A stretch of 64,000 nt of DNA, taken from Perna viridis. Taxonomy: Eukaryota. Location: positions 22,816,001 to 22,880,000 of the forward strand of contig CM074512.1 of NCBI GenBank assembly GCA_037379345.1, in the 5' to 3' direction. The position numbers and the translations under genes are program-made. Below the pieces are notes generated by a model. That model did not search any database and was not told the origin of the DNA. It saw only the letters and a list, made by a program, of their open reading frames with translations. Below are positions 54,301-63,504 of the stretch, piece by piece; the first letter of the stretch is position 1, and every line of letters starts with the position of its first letter.

Positions 54301-57300
54301 TTGAACAAGATTATTTGAAAAGAGTATTTAGATTTACAAGCCAATAAAGTTTAGACAATTATATCATAATATTAGAGGAGATGGACCAATGAGTCAGTCA
54401 AATACCCTCTTGCAGTAATCTTGTTCATTCAAGCAGAACCAAGAGTGGACTGTAAGTAGAAGACCATTCAATTATCATTCCAACCAAGAGAGATTAAAAT
54501 CTATCAAATAATGTCTGTAGAGTCGATCTTCATAGAAATTGTCAACAACATACTCAAGATGTGAAAAATCTTCAAAATTTGTAAATTCTTCTAATTAAAG
54601 CTGGAGGGAAATACTGTTAAGTGTTTTTTTTTTCTCGTGTGTGGAAAAGTTTTTCTTAAAAAAAAACTGGGCGATTGATTCTTTGTGTATTGTAATTTTC
54701 ATGGCAGATAAAACTGCTCATGAATAAAATGAAGATTAATCACTTTATTTCATCTACATAAATATTTTGTGTGATTGAATTTTCATGTTCCAACTTTGAC
54801 TGCAAATACAATGTATAGCGAAAATTAAATCACTTAATGGTAGAACAATTCAATGAAGTAAAAGATTGTATTACTTAAATAAATAATAATACATAAAACA
54901 ATATTTAGTTGTTATCGTAAGTCTGTACATGCTCATTTGACTATTTGTCATTGACCATCTACAATGGAAATGTTTAATATGGAAAGATCCCAGCTTGCTT
55001 AAATAAAATGCCTCACAAAGACTAGCTTGATACGACCACAGAGGCCGAACTATGAACAGTTGGGGCAAGTATGGACACATTATTTAAGCTTGATACAGAT
55101 CTGAATTGGGTTCTGGTTGGGATTATTTGACTCAGGAAAAGAATTTGAACAAAATCACAGCGGCCTCTTTCTGGTCCCTTAGTTCAAGTTGCACCCTCCC
55201 AAAATCAATCCAAAGCTTTGCTTTGTGATATGGCACCCTATGGTATAATTTCATAACGATCTATACACTTAAACTCAAGTAAATGTCCAGAAAGTAAGTA
55301 TCTACAGACAACAAGGAACGATGACGACAGCACGATTCAATTATACGACTGTAAATTTGTAGAGGTCGTATAAAATATTCTTTGGTAATGATTGTTACAA
55401 AACATGAAAATAATAGATAGAATAATAGAAAAACTGTATCTTACTATATACTAACCATCTGGGAGGTAAGCTGTAGCATCAAACCATTGAAACAACATAC
55501 CAAGTAAACGTCCTAAAACTTCCTTTAAAACAAAAAAATTAAAACGTAAATTTATGCATTTCGTCAGACAAATAAATATTTATTTATTGTTCTACTACAA
55601 GTTCTAGACTACTGTTAGGATTCTACCAACACCATCAACAGCAATAATGACATCAAACTGAGTGAAAATCTGGGGAAAACAAGACTACGAGATTCTACCA
55701 ACAGCAATAATGACATCAAACTGAGTGAAAATCTGGGGAAAACAAGACTAGGAGATTCTACCAACAGCAATAATGACATCAAACTGAGTGAAAATCTGGG
55801 GAAAACAAGACTAGGAGATTCTACCAACAGCAATAATGACATCAAACTGAGTGGAAATCTGGGGAAAACAAGACTACGAGATTCTACCAACAGCAATAAT
55901 GACATCAAACTGAGTGGAAATCTGGGGAAAACAAGACTACGAGATTCTACCAACAGCAATAATGACATCAAACTGAGTGGAAATCTGGGGAAAACAAGAC
56001 TACGAGATTCTACCAACAGCATCAACAGCAATAATGACATCAAACTGAGTGAAAATCTGAGGAAAACAAGACTACGAGATTCTACCAACAGCAATAATGA
56101 CATCAAACTGAGTGGAAATCTGGGGAAAACAAGACTACGAGATTCTACCAACAGCAATAATGACATCAAACTGAGTGAAAATCTGGGGAAAACAAGACTA
56201 CGAGATTCTACCAACAGCAATAATGACATCAAACTGTGTGAAAATCTGGGGAAAACAAGACTACGAGATTCTACCAACAGCAATAATGACATCAAACTGA
56301 GTGAAAATCTGGGGAAAACAAGACTACGAGATTCTACCAACAGCAATAATGACATCAAACTGAGTGAAAATCTGGGGAAAACAAGACTACGAGATTCTAC
56401 CAACAGCATCAACAGCAATAATGACATCAAACTGAGTGAAAATCTGAGGAAAACAAGACTACGAGATTCTACCAACAGCAATAATGACATCAAACTGAGT
56501 GGAAATCTGGGGAAAACAAGACTACGAGATTCTACCAACAGCAATAATGACATCAAACTGAGTGAAAATCTGGGGAAAACAAGACTACGAGATTCTACCA
56601 ACAGCAATAATGACATCAAACTGTGTGAAAATCTGGGGAAAACAAGACTATGAGATTCTACCAACAGCATCAACACCAATAATGACATCAAACTGAGTGA
56701 AAATCTGGGGAAAACAAGACTACGAGATTCTACCAACAGCAATAATGACATCAAACTGAGTGAAAATCTGAGGAAAACAAGACTACGAGATTCTACCAAC
56801 AGCAATAATGACATCAAACTGAGTGAAAATCTGAGGAAAACAAGACTACGAGATTCTACCAACAGCAATAATGACATCAAACTGAGTGAAAATCTGAGGA
56901 AAACAAGACTACGAGATTCTACCAACAGCAATAATGACATCAAACTGTGTGAAAATCTGGGGAAAACAAGACTACGAGATTCTACCAACAGCAATAATGA
57001 CATCAAACTGAGTGGAAATCTGGGGAAAACAAGACTACGAGATTCTACCAACAGCAATAATGACATCAAACTGAGTGGAAATCTGGGGAAAACAAGACTA
57101 CGAGATTCTACCAACAGCATCAACAGCAATAATGACATCAAACTGAGTGGAAATCTGAGGAAAACAAGACTACGAGATTCTACCAACAGCAATAATGACA
57201 TCAAACTGAGTGAAAATCTGAGGAAAACAAGACTACGAGATTCTACCAACAGCAATAATGACATCAAACTGAGTGAAAATCTGGGGAAAACAAGACTACG

Positions 57301-60300
57301 AGATTCTACCAACAGCAATAATGACATCAAACTGAGTGAAAATCTGAGGAAAACAAGACTACGAGATTCTACCAACAGCAATAATGACATCAAACTGAGT
57401 GAAAATCTGAGGAAAACAAGACTACGAGATTCTACCAACAGCAATAATGACATCAAACTGAGTGAAAATCTGGGGAAAACAAGACTACGAGATTCTACCA
57501 ACAGCAATAATGACATCAAACTGAGTGAAAATCTGAGGAAAACAAGACTACGAGATTCTACCAACAGCAATAATGACATCAAACTGAGTGAAAATCTGGG
57601 GAAAACAAGACTAGGAGATTCTACCAACAGCAATAATGACATCAAACTGAGCGAAAATCTGGGGAAAACAAGACTACGAGATTCTACCAACAGCATCAAC
57701 AGCAATAATGACATCAAACTGAGTGAAAATCTGAGGAAAACAAGACTACGAGATTCTACCAACAGCAATAATGACATCAAACTGAGTGAAAATCTGGGGA
57801 AAACAAGACTAGGAGATTCTACCAACAGCATCAACAGCAATAATGACATCAAACTGAGTGAAAATCTGGGGAAAACAAGACTACGAGATTCTACCAACAG
57901 CAATAATGACATCAAACTGAGTGAAAATCTGAGGAAAACAAGACTACGAGATTCTACCAACAGCAATAATGACATCAAACTGAGTGGAAATCTGAGGAAA
58001 ACAAGACTACGAGATTCTACCAACAGCAATAATGACATCAAACTGAGTGAAAATCTGAGGAAAACAAGACTACGAGATTCTACCAACAGCAATAATGACA
58101 TCAAACTGAGTGAAAATCTGAGGAAAACAAGACTATGAGATTCTACCAACACCATCAACAGCAATAATGACATCAAACTGAGTGAAAATCTGGGGAAAAC
58201 AAGACTACGAGATTCTACCAACAGCAATAATGACATCAAACTGAGTGAAAATCTGAGGAAAACAAGACTACGAGATTCTACCAACAGCATCAACAGCAAT
58301 AATGACATCAAACTGAGTGAAAATCTGAGGAAAACAAGACTACGAGATTCTACCAACAGCAATAATGACATCAAACTGAGTGAAAATCTGGGGAAAACAA
58401 GACTACGAGATTCTACCAACAGCAATAATGACATCAAACTGAGTGGAAATCTGAGGAAAACAAGACTACGAGATTCTACCAACAGCAATAATGACATCAA
58501 ACTGAGTGGAAATCTGAGGAAAACAAGACTACGAGATTCTACCAACAGCAATAATGACATCAAACTGAGTGAAAATCTGAGGAAAACAAGACTACGAGAT
58601 TCTACCAACAGCATCAACAGCAATAATGACATCAAACTGAGTGAAAATCTGGGGAAAACAAGACTACGAGATTCTACCAACAGCAATAATGACATCAAAC
58701 TGAGTGAAAATCTGAGGAAAACAAGACTACGAGATTCTACCAACAGCAATAATGACATCAAACTGAGTGAAAATCTGGGGAAAACAAGACTATGAGATTC
58801 TACCAACAGCAATAATGACATCAAACTGAGTGAAAATCTGGGGAAAACAAGACTACGAGATTCTACCAACAGCAATAATGACATCAAACTGAGTGAAAAT
58901 CTGGGGAAAACAAGACTACGAGATTCTACCAACAGCAATAATGACATCAAACTGTGTGAAAATCTGGGGAAAACAAGACTATGAGATTCTACCAACAGCA
59001 TCAACACCAATAATGACATCAAACTGAGTGAAAATCTGGGGAAAACAAGACTACGAGATTCTACCAACAGCAATAATGACATCAAACTGAGTGAAAATCT
59101 GGGGAAAACAAGACTACGAGATTCTACCAACAGCAATAATGACATCAAACTGAGTGAAAATCTGGGGAAAACAAGACTACGAGATTCTACCAACAGCAAT
59201 AATGACATCAAACTGAGTGAAAATCTGGGGAAAACAAGACTATGAGATTCTACCAACAGCATCAACACCAATAATGACATCAAACTGAGTGAAAATCTGG
59301 GGAAAACAAGACTACGAGATTCTACCAACAGCAATAATGACATCAAACTGAGTGAAAATCTGAGGAAAACAAGACTATGAGATTCTACCAACAGCATCAA
59401 CACCAATAATGACATCAAACTGAGTGAAAATCTGGGGAAAACAAGACTACGAGATTCTACCAACAGCAATAATGACATCAAACTGAGTGAAAATCTGGGG
59501 AAAACAAGACTACGAGATTCTACCAACAGCAATAATGACATCAAACTGAGTGAAAATCTGGGGAAAACAAGACTACGAGATTCTACCAACAGCAATAATG
59601 ACATCAAACTGAGCGAAAATCTGAGGAAAACAAGACTACGAGAATATTACATGTAACAATACATAGTGCCCTTCAGGCTGGAACATGGAAATACTTGTAG
59701 GAGGCCTAAATTGTGTCAAAATTCAACCCATCAAAACAATAAATCAGGAAACACACTGACAAATCTAGAGTCTCCTTCAGTACGGGACTGAAATAAGGTC
59801 AAAACATGAACTTACATAGATTAACTGCCTTGCATGTTATATATACTAAGAGTTTCAAGATGACTAAGCATTATCATATAAGAATAAATGGCATTTTTTT
59901 TCTGATAATGACTTAATCACAGTTCATATCAGGTGAGCTTACTAGGGCCAGCCGATATAAACCACGATGAAGTCACTATCTAAAACAAAATGTCATTTAT
60001 TCCTTTCATTGGTAATTTGCTATTTAAAAAAGAAAATGATGCTCGTTATCTGAAATATGTTAAAGAAATCGACCAAAAGCATTCCTTAACTGGGAGCTTT
60101 TTTATCGAATGACCACCGATTGTCATGATTTGTGAAAAGGTCCAGTCAAAATTTAGCAAATGCGTCAGTTGATGAAGAGATGTAACACGTGAAGGTTGGC
60201 ATGTCACAAGATTAATGTGTTAAGATCTGTTGTGTAATATTATCAGAATTATTTTAAGGACTATATAAATTCTACAATGGTAAGTTACAATTTGCCAGTT

Positions 60301-63300
60301 CTCTTAAAAATGAAGTCACTTCCATGTACATTGTAAGTACTGCTCAAAATCTACAGGACAATACACATTGTCAGTTATCTGGTTACCATCCATGTGCCAT
60401 GTTTTATTTTAAAATAGTACGTTATAGTAACTAGTTTACAAGACAAGATTAACATCAGCTACATAACTTATAAGAGCATCATGGTTTTTCTTCAGCACAA
60501 GAGCAGATGATTTACATGTACATGTAAATTGGTGGCAAATCTTAAGTGCAGCTTAAGAAAAGTATAACATATTGATTTATTGTACCATTTCAGAATAAAT
60601 GTGATATTGTTGTACATAAACCATATTTCTTTTGTATTTGTTTAAAAAGTATTGTTTACAGTAACAGTTGTAATTACAAATTAGCCTGTTGTTGCAATGT
60701 CATATTAAAACAGAATTTCATTGGCCTCTTCAAAAAAGGGATCCCTATGCAGGTAACTGGTGCATTCTTATTGCAAACTGACTGGATAATGTCAAAGAAT
60801 GATATCAAGCAGTTCACAATTTTAATCAGTTGTAAAACCCATTTCTTTTATAATTTAGTAGATTACAAATGTTAGAATATGCTCATAAATAGGAAACATT
60901 ACATTTATCAACACATCAGATTGCACAGTCACTTACTGTGAGTGTGTGCCTGAACTTGACTGAAACTTAACATAGAACAAATCTAAAAAGAAACCCACTA
61001 AAAAGTAATTCAAAAGCTGGTGAAAAAAAATGCCAACATAAGAGTTCTAGAAAAGCTACCAGAGAAACATTACCTCAAACATGCTGTAAACATCATGCAC
61101 AATATACCATGCTGTTCTACAGAAAGAAAAGGAAATTATCACTACATAAACAACACAAAGCACATTTTCAAACAACAATTTGGATCTGAAAAACTTGGGG
61201 TTTTTTATCATTAAACTCATAAGATTTCATTCATAACTTAACTGATTATATAAGAATACTCTCAGACTTAAATAAATGTTCAATACAAGTGGTGCTTTGG
61301 TCACACATACTACAGGCATATTTTCTTTAAATTGTGTAAAATAATTGAGCCATTATAATTACATGTATAAATATTTTCAACTCTTCCAGTGACATCAAAT
61401 GAATGCAAGATTCAAAACAATAAATTTTAATACTTTTTAATAAATTTTAAATAGTAACAAACGTAAAAATTAATTATAAACTACATGCAAGATGACAAAA
61501 CCTTTACAAAGATCTAACAAAACCAACAGATTCAGGTTTTCTATCATAGGAATACAATGCACTACACTATGTACATACTATAGGTACATCGTCCCTTGGC
61601 CTACATAACTCCACCAATAACCAAATACCATATCTACTCAGTAATTTTTTCTCTCCAGATTCCTCCATTTCATAATGATCATCATCATCACACACTACAG
61701 TAGGGTGTTCTTCACCCATCTCTACCAATCTCTTTGATTCTATTGGCTGAGCTTCCTTCAACAAACTGAATCATTATACAATACTTTTAGTAATTCTAGT
61801 TAATACAGATCATTTAAACTGTAATGCCAAATGATATCAAAGTGGTATATTCAGAACCATAACTATGAAAATCATTTTTACAGGTAAATTGTGTTGAAAC
61901 AGTAAGTGTTAAAGTGTCCTTTTTTTTCGCAAAAATTAGATGTATTGATAGCAAAAAAACCACTCCTTTTGTATATTTTATTCATACTTTTCATGTATTA
62001 AGACAGTACTACACTGCTAAAATCATGTTAATTGAAAAATCTATTTTACATTCCACCTAACAAGCTACCTAACAATAGCATCCATGAGGTATCTCTGAAC
62101 CTGCTGACTACAATCCCATATTTCTGGAATACTCAGATGATAGACATGTTTCTTTCCTCTTGGTGTATTATGTCTTGTATCATGACAACTCTGACAGTAC
62201 CGAATTGGTTTGTTTTGGTTAAAACTAGCACATTCTATGGAAAAACAGGTACACACTGCTATGTTTTCTCCTGATCGACAATTCTAAAAAAAATTTAAGA
62301 GACTTGTTGCACAATTGAGATAATAAATACTTTAATATTGGTGTCAAAATATTGTAAAATGACTTGAAGATTCTGTATTGGTTTTGTTATTGGTCTGAGG
62401 CTTGATTGGTAACCTATGGTGATACAAAAGGAATATACAGCAAGTCTAATTGTAATATCATCAGCACAGACAATTTTACTTTAGAAGAAATTAGATTAAT
62501 TTTATACTATGTCAGTTCAAGCCCATTTTTGAAACATCAGTATTTAAGATTGACATGCCTGATCAAATTTAATTTTTATAATTCCTTACAAAATATTCTG
62601 TTGTAATTCTGCCATTTTTGTTGCTAAGTGCTAATTATTGACAAAATAATGGTAAGTGTATTTTCCAATTTCTGAGTTGACAAAAATGTAATTTCTCACA
62701 AATTAGAAAATAAACAATTCTTTGGTGATAACTTACGGGGGTAAACCATTGCTTTGGTAAAATTACCAACAACTGAAAATCGTCTTGGTAGCAAAATTAC
62801 GGCCAATTTGACAATGTAAACATTGTGATGCTGGATTTAAATGTCATCAAAATTTAACATTTAACATTTTACAAGGAAGCTGTTTTGTGACATGAATGAG
62901 CAAGTCATTTAACACCATAAAAAAATCAGTAGGTATCAATAAAACTGTAGACCAATTATTCATTCAAATTTGAACATTATGTTATGTATGTGCCGCCAAG
63001 TATAGTTTGAACTTTATTCATAATATATATGGTAATTTCAAGGTTTATTTTAAAATTAATAAATTGTTCAAACTTAGGCTATGTTCCTAGTCCATTGACA
63101 AATCTATATATCTAAGAAAGGAGATAAATGAGACATGTGCTGTAATATATCCAGGTATACCTTGAAATTCAAATTCACAACAAAATATACAATTTTCATT
63201 CAAAACATTCATGCTGAATTGAAATTCACAAACTTAAAAACTGGTGAAATTATGAAATTTTGACTTACCATGAAACTGCTACCTATAAAAGTATCTTCAC

Positions 63301-63504
63301 TGTACCTTTTCTCAGACTGATTGAATGAGTGATTATACTATTTACCTTATTCTCACAGATAGTTGACACATGAGACATTGGCAGTAATATATCAGTCATG
63401 TATTCACTGTGGCCTTTCCTTAGATTATCAGCACAATCACTACAGATATACAGAGGAGGTGGCTTGTCTCCAGAATGTATTGCCAGGGCTGGGTTTAAAC
63501 ACAT
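15212..63504 (-). CDS. unc79: Protein unc-79 homolog (NALCN channel accessory subunit), 5'-partial, 42 exons in window
   Basis: 42 GT-AG exons join in frame (6213 nt, 2070 aa plus stop). Recognisable UNC79 motifs include KPPYRRAVSVPMHL, ERDKLYLTR, LKSGIAQYVALEITRGN, GPKEFTDCIGHIRTLSWLLIGSLTH, SVLHMSSLFHAFILCQLW and the C-terminal QFKLGQNEVQSSAATQFYTV. Confidence 0.96.
15596..15763. repeat. 3 x 56-bp tandem repeat flanked by a TGTCAA direct repeat
   Basis: Unit GGTAGAGAGAGGGATAGGTCTTAACAAGATCAATAACGTGCCTGAACCAGCATCAC. Confidence 0.9.
17089..17133 (-). CDS. unc79: unc-79 exon (LFPMWTSILFTYHSQ)
   Basis: GT-AG, phase 0-0. Confidence 0.9.
17283..17469. mobile_element. About 190-bp unclassified interspersed repeat, copy 2
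   Basis: Aligns end to end with 13152-13352. Confidence 0.8.
18287..18364 (-). CDS. unc79: unc-79 exon (FSEKVNLHFLGLMEALRECNSSVLAK)
   Basis: GT-AG, phase 0-0. Confidence 0.93.
19675..19815 (-). CDS. unc79: unc-79 exon (LWSMYCE...DFWARVTPGILQLL...)
   Basis: GT-AG, phase 0-0. Confidence 0.93.
20014..20064 (-). CDS. unc79: unc-79 exon (DSVLHMSSLFHAFILCQ)
   Basis: GT-AG, phase 0-0. Confidence 0.93.
21380..21569 (-). CDS. unc79: unc-79 exon (PKEFTDCIGHIR...GFDERSK)
   Basis: GT-AG, phase 2-0. Confidence 0.94.
21817..21995 (-). CDS. unc79: unc-79 exon (NNMKSG...YLPWLYHPPSTVQQ)
   Basis: GT-AG, phase 0-2. Confidence 0.94.
22086..22144. repeat. 3 x 18-bp tandem repeat
   Basis: CACTTGTCGACTACAGGA units. 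Confidence 0.85.
23049..23228 (-). CDS. unc79: unc-79 exon (FVVLDGGGT...DIHTLSKVK)
   Basis: GT-AG, phase 0-0. Confidence 0.93.
23686..23876. repeat. About 31-33 bp tandem repeat, about 6 units
   Basis: AAACATGGTAAAAAACAATATGTGTGTTGTTG units. Confidence 0.85.
24202..24306 (-). CDS. unc79: unc-79 exon (ERDKLYLTRTVIFELVQAMKFK...LLVQ)
   Basis: GT-AG, phase 0-0. Confidence 0.93.
25163..25273 (-). CDS. unc79: unc-79 exon (YILEPFSKLLSFAVQN...YIK)
   Basis: GT-AG, phase 0-0. Confidence 0.92.
25955..26194 (-). CDS. unc79: unc-79 exon (GLNNRKNLP...GISNAR)
   Basis: GT-AG, phase 0-0. Confidence 0.92.
26274..26960 (+). mobile_element. Helentron/HINE-like non-autonomous element
   Basis: Starts AACAAGAG...CTCACCTGG and ends with a short palindrome GGCCTTTGGCC followed by CCAGGTGAGCTAAAA, the inverted match of the 5' motif; internal degenerate repeats. 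Confidence 0.6.
27473..27558 (-). CDS. unc79: unc-79 exon (PNFFKTMATALVDFSEL...LLE)
   Basis: GT-AG, phase 1-0. Confidence 0.92.
28047..28162 (-). CDS. unc79: unc-79 exon (NLMVPGN...QFLRCVLHQLAPNGIF...)
   Basis: GT-AG, phase 2-1. Confidence 0.92.
28632..28670 (-). CDS. unc79: unc-79 exon (IASSSPYAWQAE)
   Basis: GT-AG, phase 2-2. Confidence 0.88.
28836..29003. mobile_element. MITE with degenerate CAGTGAAACCTG-type TIRs
   Basis: AAACATGTCTAAACTGA ... TCAGTTTGGACAGGTTTCACTGTA inverted ends. Confidence 0.5.
29040..29270 (-). CDS. unc79: unc-79 exon (RKSRKSE...RCAECNAILEQYDD...FIHREPSLA...)
   Basis: GT-AG, phase 2-2. Confidence 0.93.
29738..29894 (-). CDS. unc79: unc-79 exon (DKSEKKSVK...GTFTK)
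   Basis: GT-AG, phase 1-2. Confidence 0.87.
30171..30380. mobile_element. MITE with TA target-site duplication (Tc1/mariner-type ends)
   Basis: TACTGTGAAAGTACT ... AGTACTTTCACAGTA perfect inverted termini plus longer subterminal inverted similarity; related decayed copy at 47501-47686. Confidence 0.75.
30566..31046 (-). CDS. unc79: unc-79 exon (VQPKDKSIP...ARADGR), low-complexity linker
   Basis: GT-AG, phase 0-1, 481 nt. Confidence 0.88.
31605..31831 (-). CDS. unc79: unc-79 exon (EPSKLNDLENIQETDTPP...KPRRL)
   Basis: GT-AG, phase 1-0. Confidence 0.85.
32349..33202. repeat. 66-bp tandem array (13 units) derived from an unc-79 exon end plus splice donor
   Basis: First unit overlaps the coding exon; includes a duplicated three-unit block. 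Confidence 0.95.
33139..33286 (-). CDS. unc79: unc-79 exon (YQFYTSPV...AQHHRCKKSHEEGFIPPSPTILRSR)
   Basis: GT-AG, phase 0-1 using the first donor AG|GTAGGT; the 3' end is ambiguous because of the donor array. Confidence 0.85.
36025..36162. repeat. 3 x about 43-bp tandem repeat inside a MITE-like segment
   Basis: GAATCTGTCAAGTGAACATATTGACAG...TCAATTTTTCAC units. Confidence 0.8.
36338..36520 (-). CDS. unc79: unc-79 exon (VLDRNFKLG...YTLWYLEP...ILYK)
   Basis: GT-AG, phase 0-0. Confidence 0.93.
37073..37115 (-). CDS. unc79: unc-79 exon (TSAVFNAFLSGVPF)
   Basis: GT-AG, phase 2-0; acceptor is the last unit of a tandem array. Confidence 0.88.
37092..37362. repeat. 33-34 bp tandem array (8 units) derived from an unc-79 splice acceptor plus exon start
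   Basis: Minus-strand unit TTCATCCGATCATTTCTTTTTCAG|AATGTCAGC. Confidence 0.92.
37613..37799. mobile_element. Palindromic MITE-like element
   Basis: GAAATAAATAATGGAAACTTCGTTTTATCAATGTTTTAC ... GTAAAACAATGATAAAATGGAGTTTCCATGATTTATTTC inverted arms. Confidence 0.55.
38242..38324 (-). CDS. unc79: unc-79 exon (NVVLRHLNILLGY...PPHKL)
   Basis: GT-AG, phase 0-2. Confidence 0.92.
38917..38970 (-). CDS. unc79: unc-79 exon (FMVNCDMNDDDKVNTKTQ)
   Basis: GT-AG, phase 0-0. Confidence 0.88.
40005..40123 (-). CDS. unc79: unc-79 exon (NLKEFSDEDSNF...ALLMK)
   Basis: GT-AG, phase 1-0. Confidence 0.92.
40364..40792. repeat. Compound minisatellite with about 26-bp basic unit and a repeated higher-order block
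   Basis: GACCAAAGATTATGATAGACAGTGAT units with a recurring shortened variant ACTGATTAAGATTGACACTGACA. Confidence 0.9.
41225..41338 (-). CDS. unc79: unc-79 exon (DLERQKSCIRQHSAP...VFP)
   Basis: GT-AG, phase 1-1. Confidence 0.88.
42654..42774. repeat. Near-perfect inverted repeat (hairpin)
   Basis: About 44-bp arms TATTTGTCAACTCTCTATGGTAAAATTAAGATTTT(C)AACATGTGA with a 12-nt loop. Confidence 0.92.
43289..43327 (-). CDS. unc79: Candidate 39-nt cassette micro-exon of unc-79 (LKLAQRRRKLIEY)
   Basis: TTTTTCAG| 39 nt open |GTAAGT, phase 1-1 matching the host intron; not counted among the 42 exons. Confidence 0.5.
44013..44186 (-). CDS. unc79: unc-79 exon (DVMSSDRESES...KPPYRRAVSVPMHL...)
   Basis: GT-AG, phase 1-1. 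Confidence 0.92.
44945..45436 (+). mobile_element. 3' part of a Helentron/HINE-like element with about 170-bp internal tandem units
   Basis: Three units starting GACACAGTACA, followed by a GACN microsatellite and GGGGGATTGCAGTATAGCCCCC hairpin. Confidence 0.55.
45889..46090 (-). CDS. unc79: unc-79 exon (CLCRCLEFQFD...LSWDFFLSRFDTLSLEAQ...)
   Basis: GT-AG, phase 0-1. Confidence 0.9.
46402..46583 (-). CDS. unc79: unc-79 exon (VEKVTVLCRLL...KTSSIR)
   Basis: GT-AG, phase 1-0. Confidence 0.9.
46865..47022 (-). CDS. unc79: unc-79 exon (LWKCLIAQHSQL...DWRVRFAS)
   Basis: GT-AG, phase 2-1. Confidence 0.9.
47330..47478 (-). CDS. unc79: unc-79 exon (ELERTTDTD...LARHLIP)
   Basis: GT-AG, phase 0-2. 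Confidence 0.9.
48509..48618 (-). CDS. unc79: unc-79 exon (STSTEEEDPE...LQLYHAFLL)
   Basis: GT-AG, phase 1-0. Confidence 0.9.
48712..48865. repeat. 4 x 36-bp tandem repeat
   Basis: AATTTTAAGTCTATTGAATATATATTCACCTACACC units. Confidence 0.9.
49062..49350 (-). CDS. unc79: unc-79 exon (LELLEFPKYLG...SQSRK)
   Basis: GT-AG, phase 0-1. Confidence 0.9.
49684..49980 (-). CDS. unc79: unc-79 exon (ILSTLDIVIP...MMLDLYLKQ)
   Basis: GT-AG, phase 0-0. Confidence 0.92.
50150..50273 (-). CDS. unc79: unc-79 exon (KSFDIDMCPLPF...QEQALQWLQ)
   Basis: GT-AG, phase 2-0. Confidence 0.92.
50376..50796 (-). mobile_element. TRIM (terminal-repeat retrotransposon in miniature), 5' repeat truncated
   Basis: On the minus strand: partial 5' repeat 50656-50796, decayed PBS TTTGTGCCCAAC (50644-50655), 94-bp internal region, PPT GGTGGGGGAAG (50562-50572), complete 3' repeat TGTGGC...TTACA (50376-50561, 186 bp). 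Confidence 0.72.
51245..51333 (-). CDS. unc79: unc-79 exon (IWDYVMPYWLEAIRTEV...)
   Basis: GT-AG, phase 0-2. Confidence 0.92.
52555..52642 (-). CDS. unc79: unc-79 exon (DFITNRTTQIKKGL...PYDIITFE)
   Basis: GT-AG, phase 2-0. Confidence 0.92.
52979..53082 (-). CDS. unc79: unc-79 exon (YICEWL...PHPVDYARVGGF)
   Basis: GT-AG, phase 0-2. Confidence 0.92.
53559..53596 (-). CDS. unc79: unc-79 exon (NFGNALERLKRE)
   Basis: GT-AG, phase 1-0. Confidence 0.88.
55456..55522 (-). CDS. unc79: unc-79 exon (EVLGRLLGMLFQWFDATAYLPD)
   Basis: GT-AG, phase 0-1. Confidence 0.92.
55619..59642. repeat. 63-bp minisatellite (with 72-bp variants), about 62 units, about 4 kb, intronic
   Basis: Unit GATTCTACCAACAGCAATAATGACATCAAACTGAGTGAAAATCTGGGGAAAACAAGACTACGA; highly homogeneous. 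Confidence 0.98.
59882..60002. mobile_element. Palindromic MITE-like element
   Basis: GAATAAATGGCATTTT...AAAATGTCATTTATTC; imperfect palindrome over its whole length. Confidence 0.55.
61579..61765 (-). CDS. unc79: unc-79 exon (LLKEAQP...YGIWLLVELCRPRDDVPI)
   Basis: GT-AG, phase 2-0. Confidence 0.93.
62069..62283 (-). CDS. unc79: unc-79 exon (NCRSGENIAVCTCFSIECAS...DAIV)
   Basis: GT-AG, phase 0-2. Confidence 0.93.
63346..63504 (-). CDS. unc79: unc-79 exon (MCLNPALAIHSGDKPPPLYICSDCA...CENK)
   Basis: GT-AG, phase 0-0. Confidence 0.93.

Noticed and set aside
55615-59607. 1330-aa ORF as a real protein gene
   Set aside because: It is a translation of a 63-bp minisatellite (unit length divisible by 3) with no unique N- or C-terminal domain. 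The unc-79 exons on either side join in frame without it, and the unit's acceptors do not enter this frame.
55619-59642. CRISPR-like reading of the tandem arrays
   Set aside because: No unique spacers between repeats, no cas genes, and a spliceosomal eukaryotic context.
60930-60965. Possible micro-exon ending in GTAAGT in the large intron
   Set aside because: Available acceptors give 13 or 23 nt, not frame-preserving, and the flanking exons are contiguous in known UNC79 proteins.
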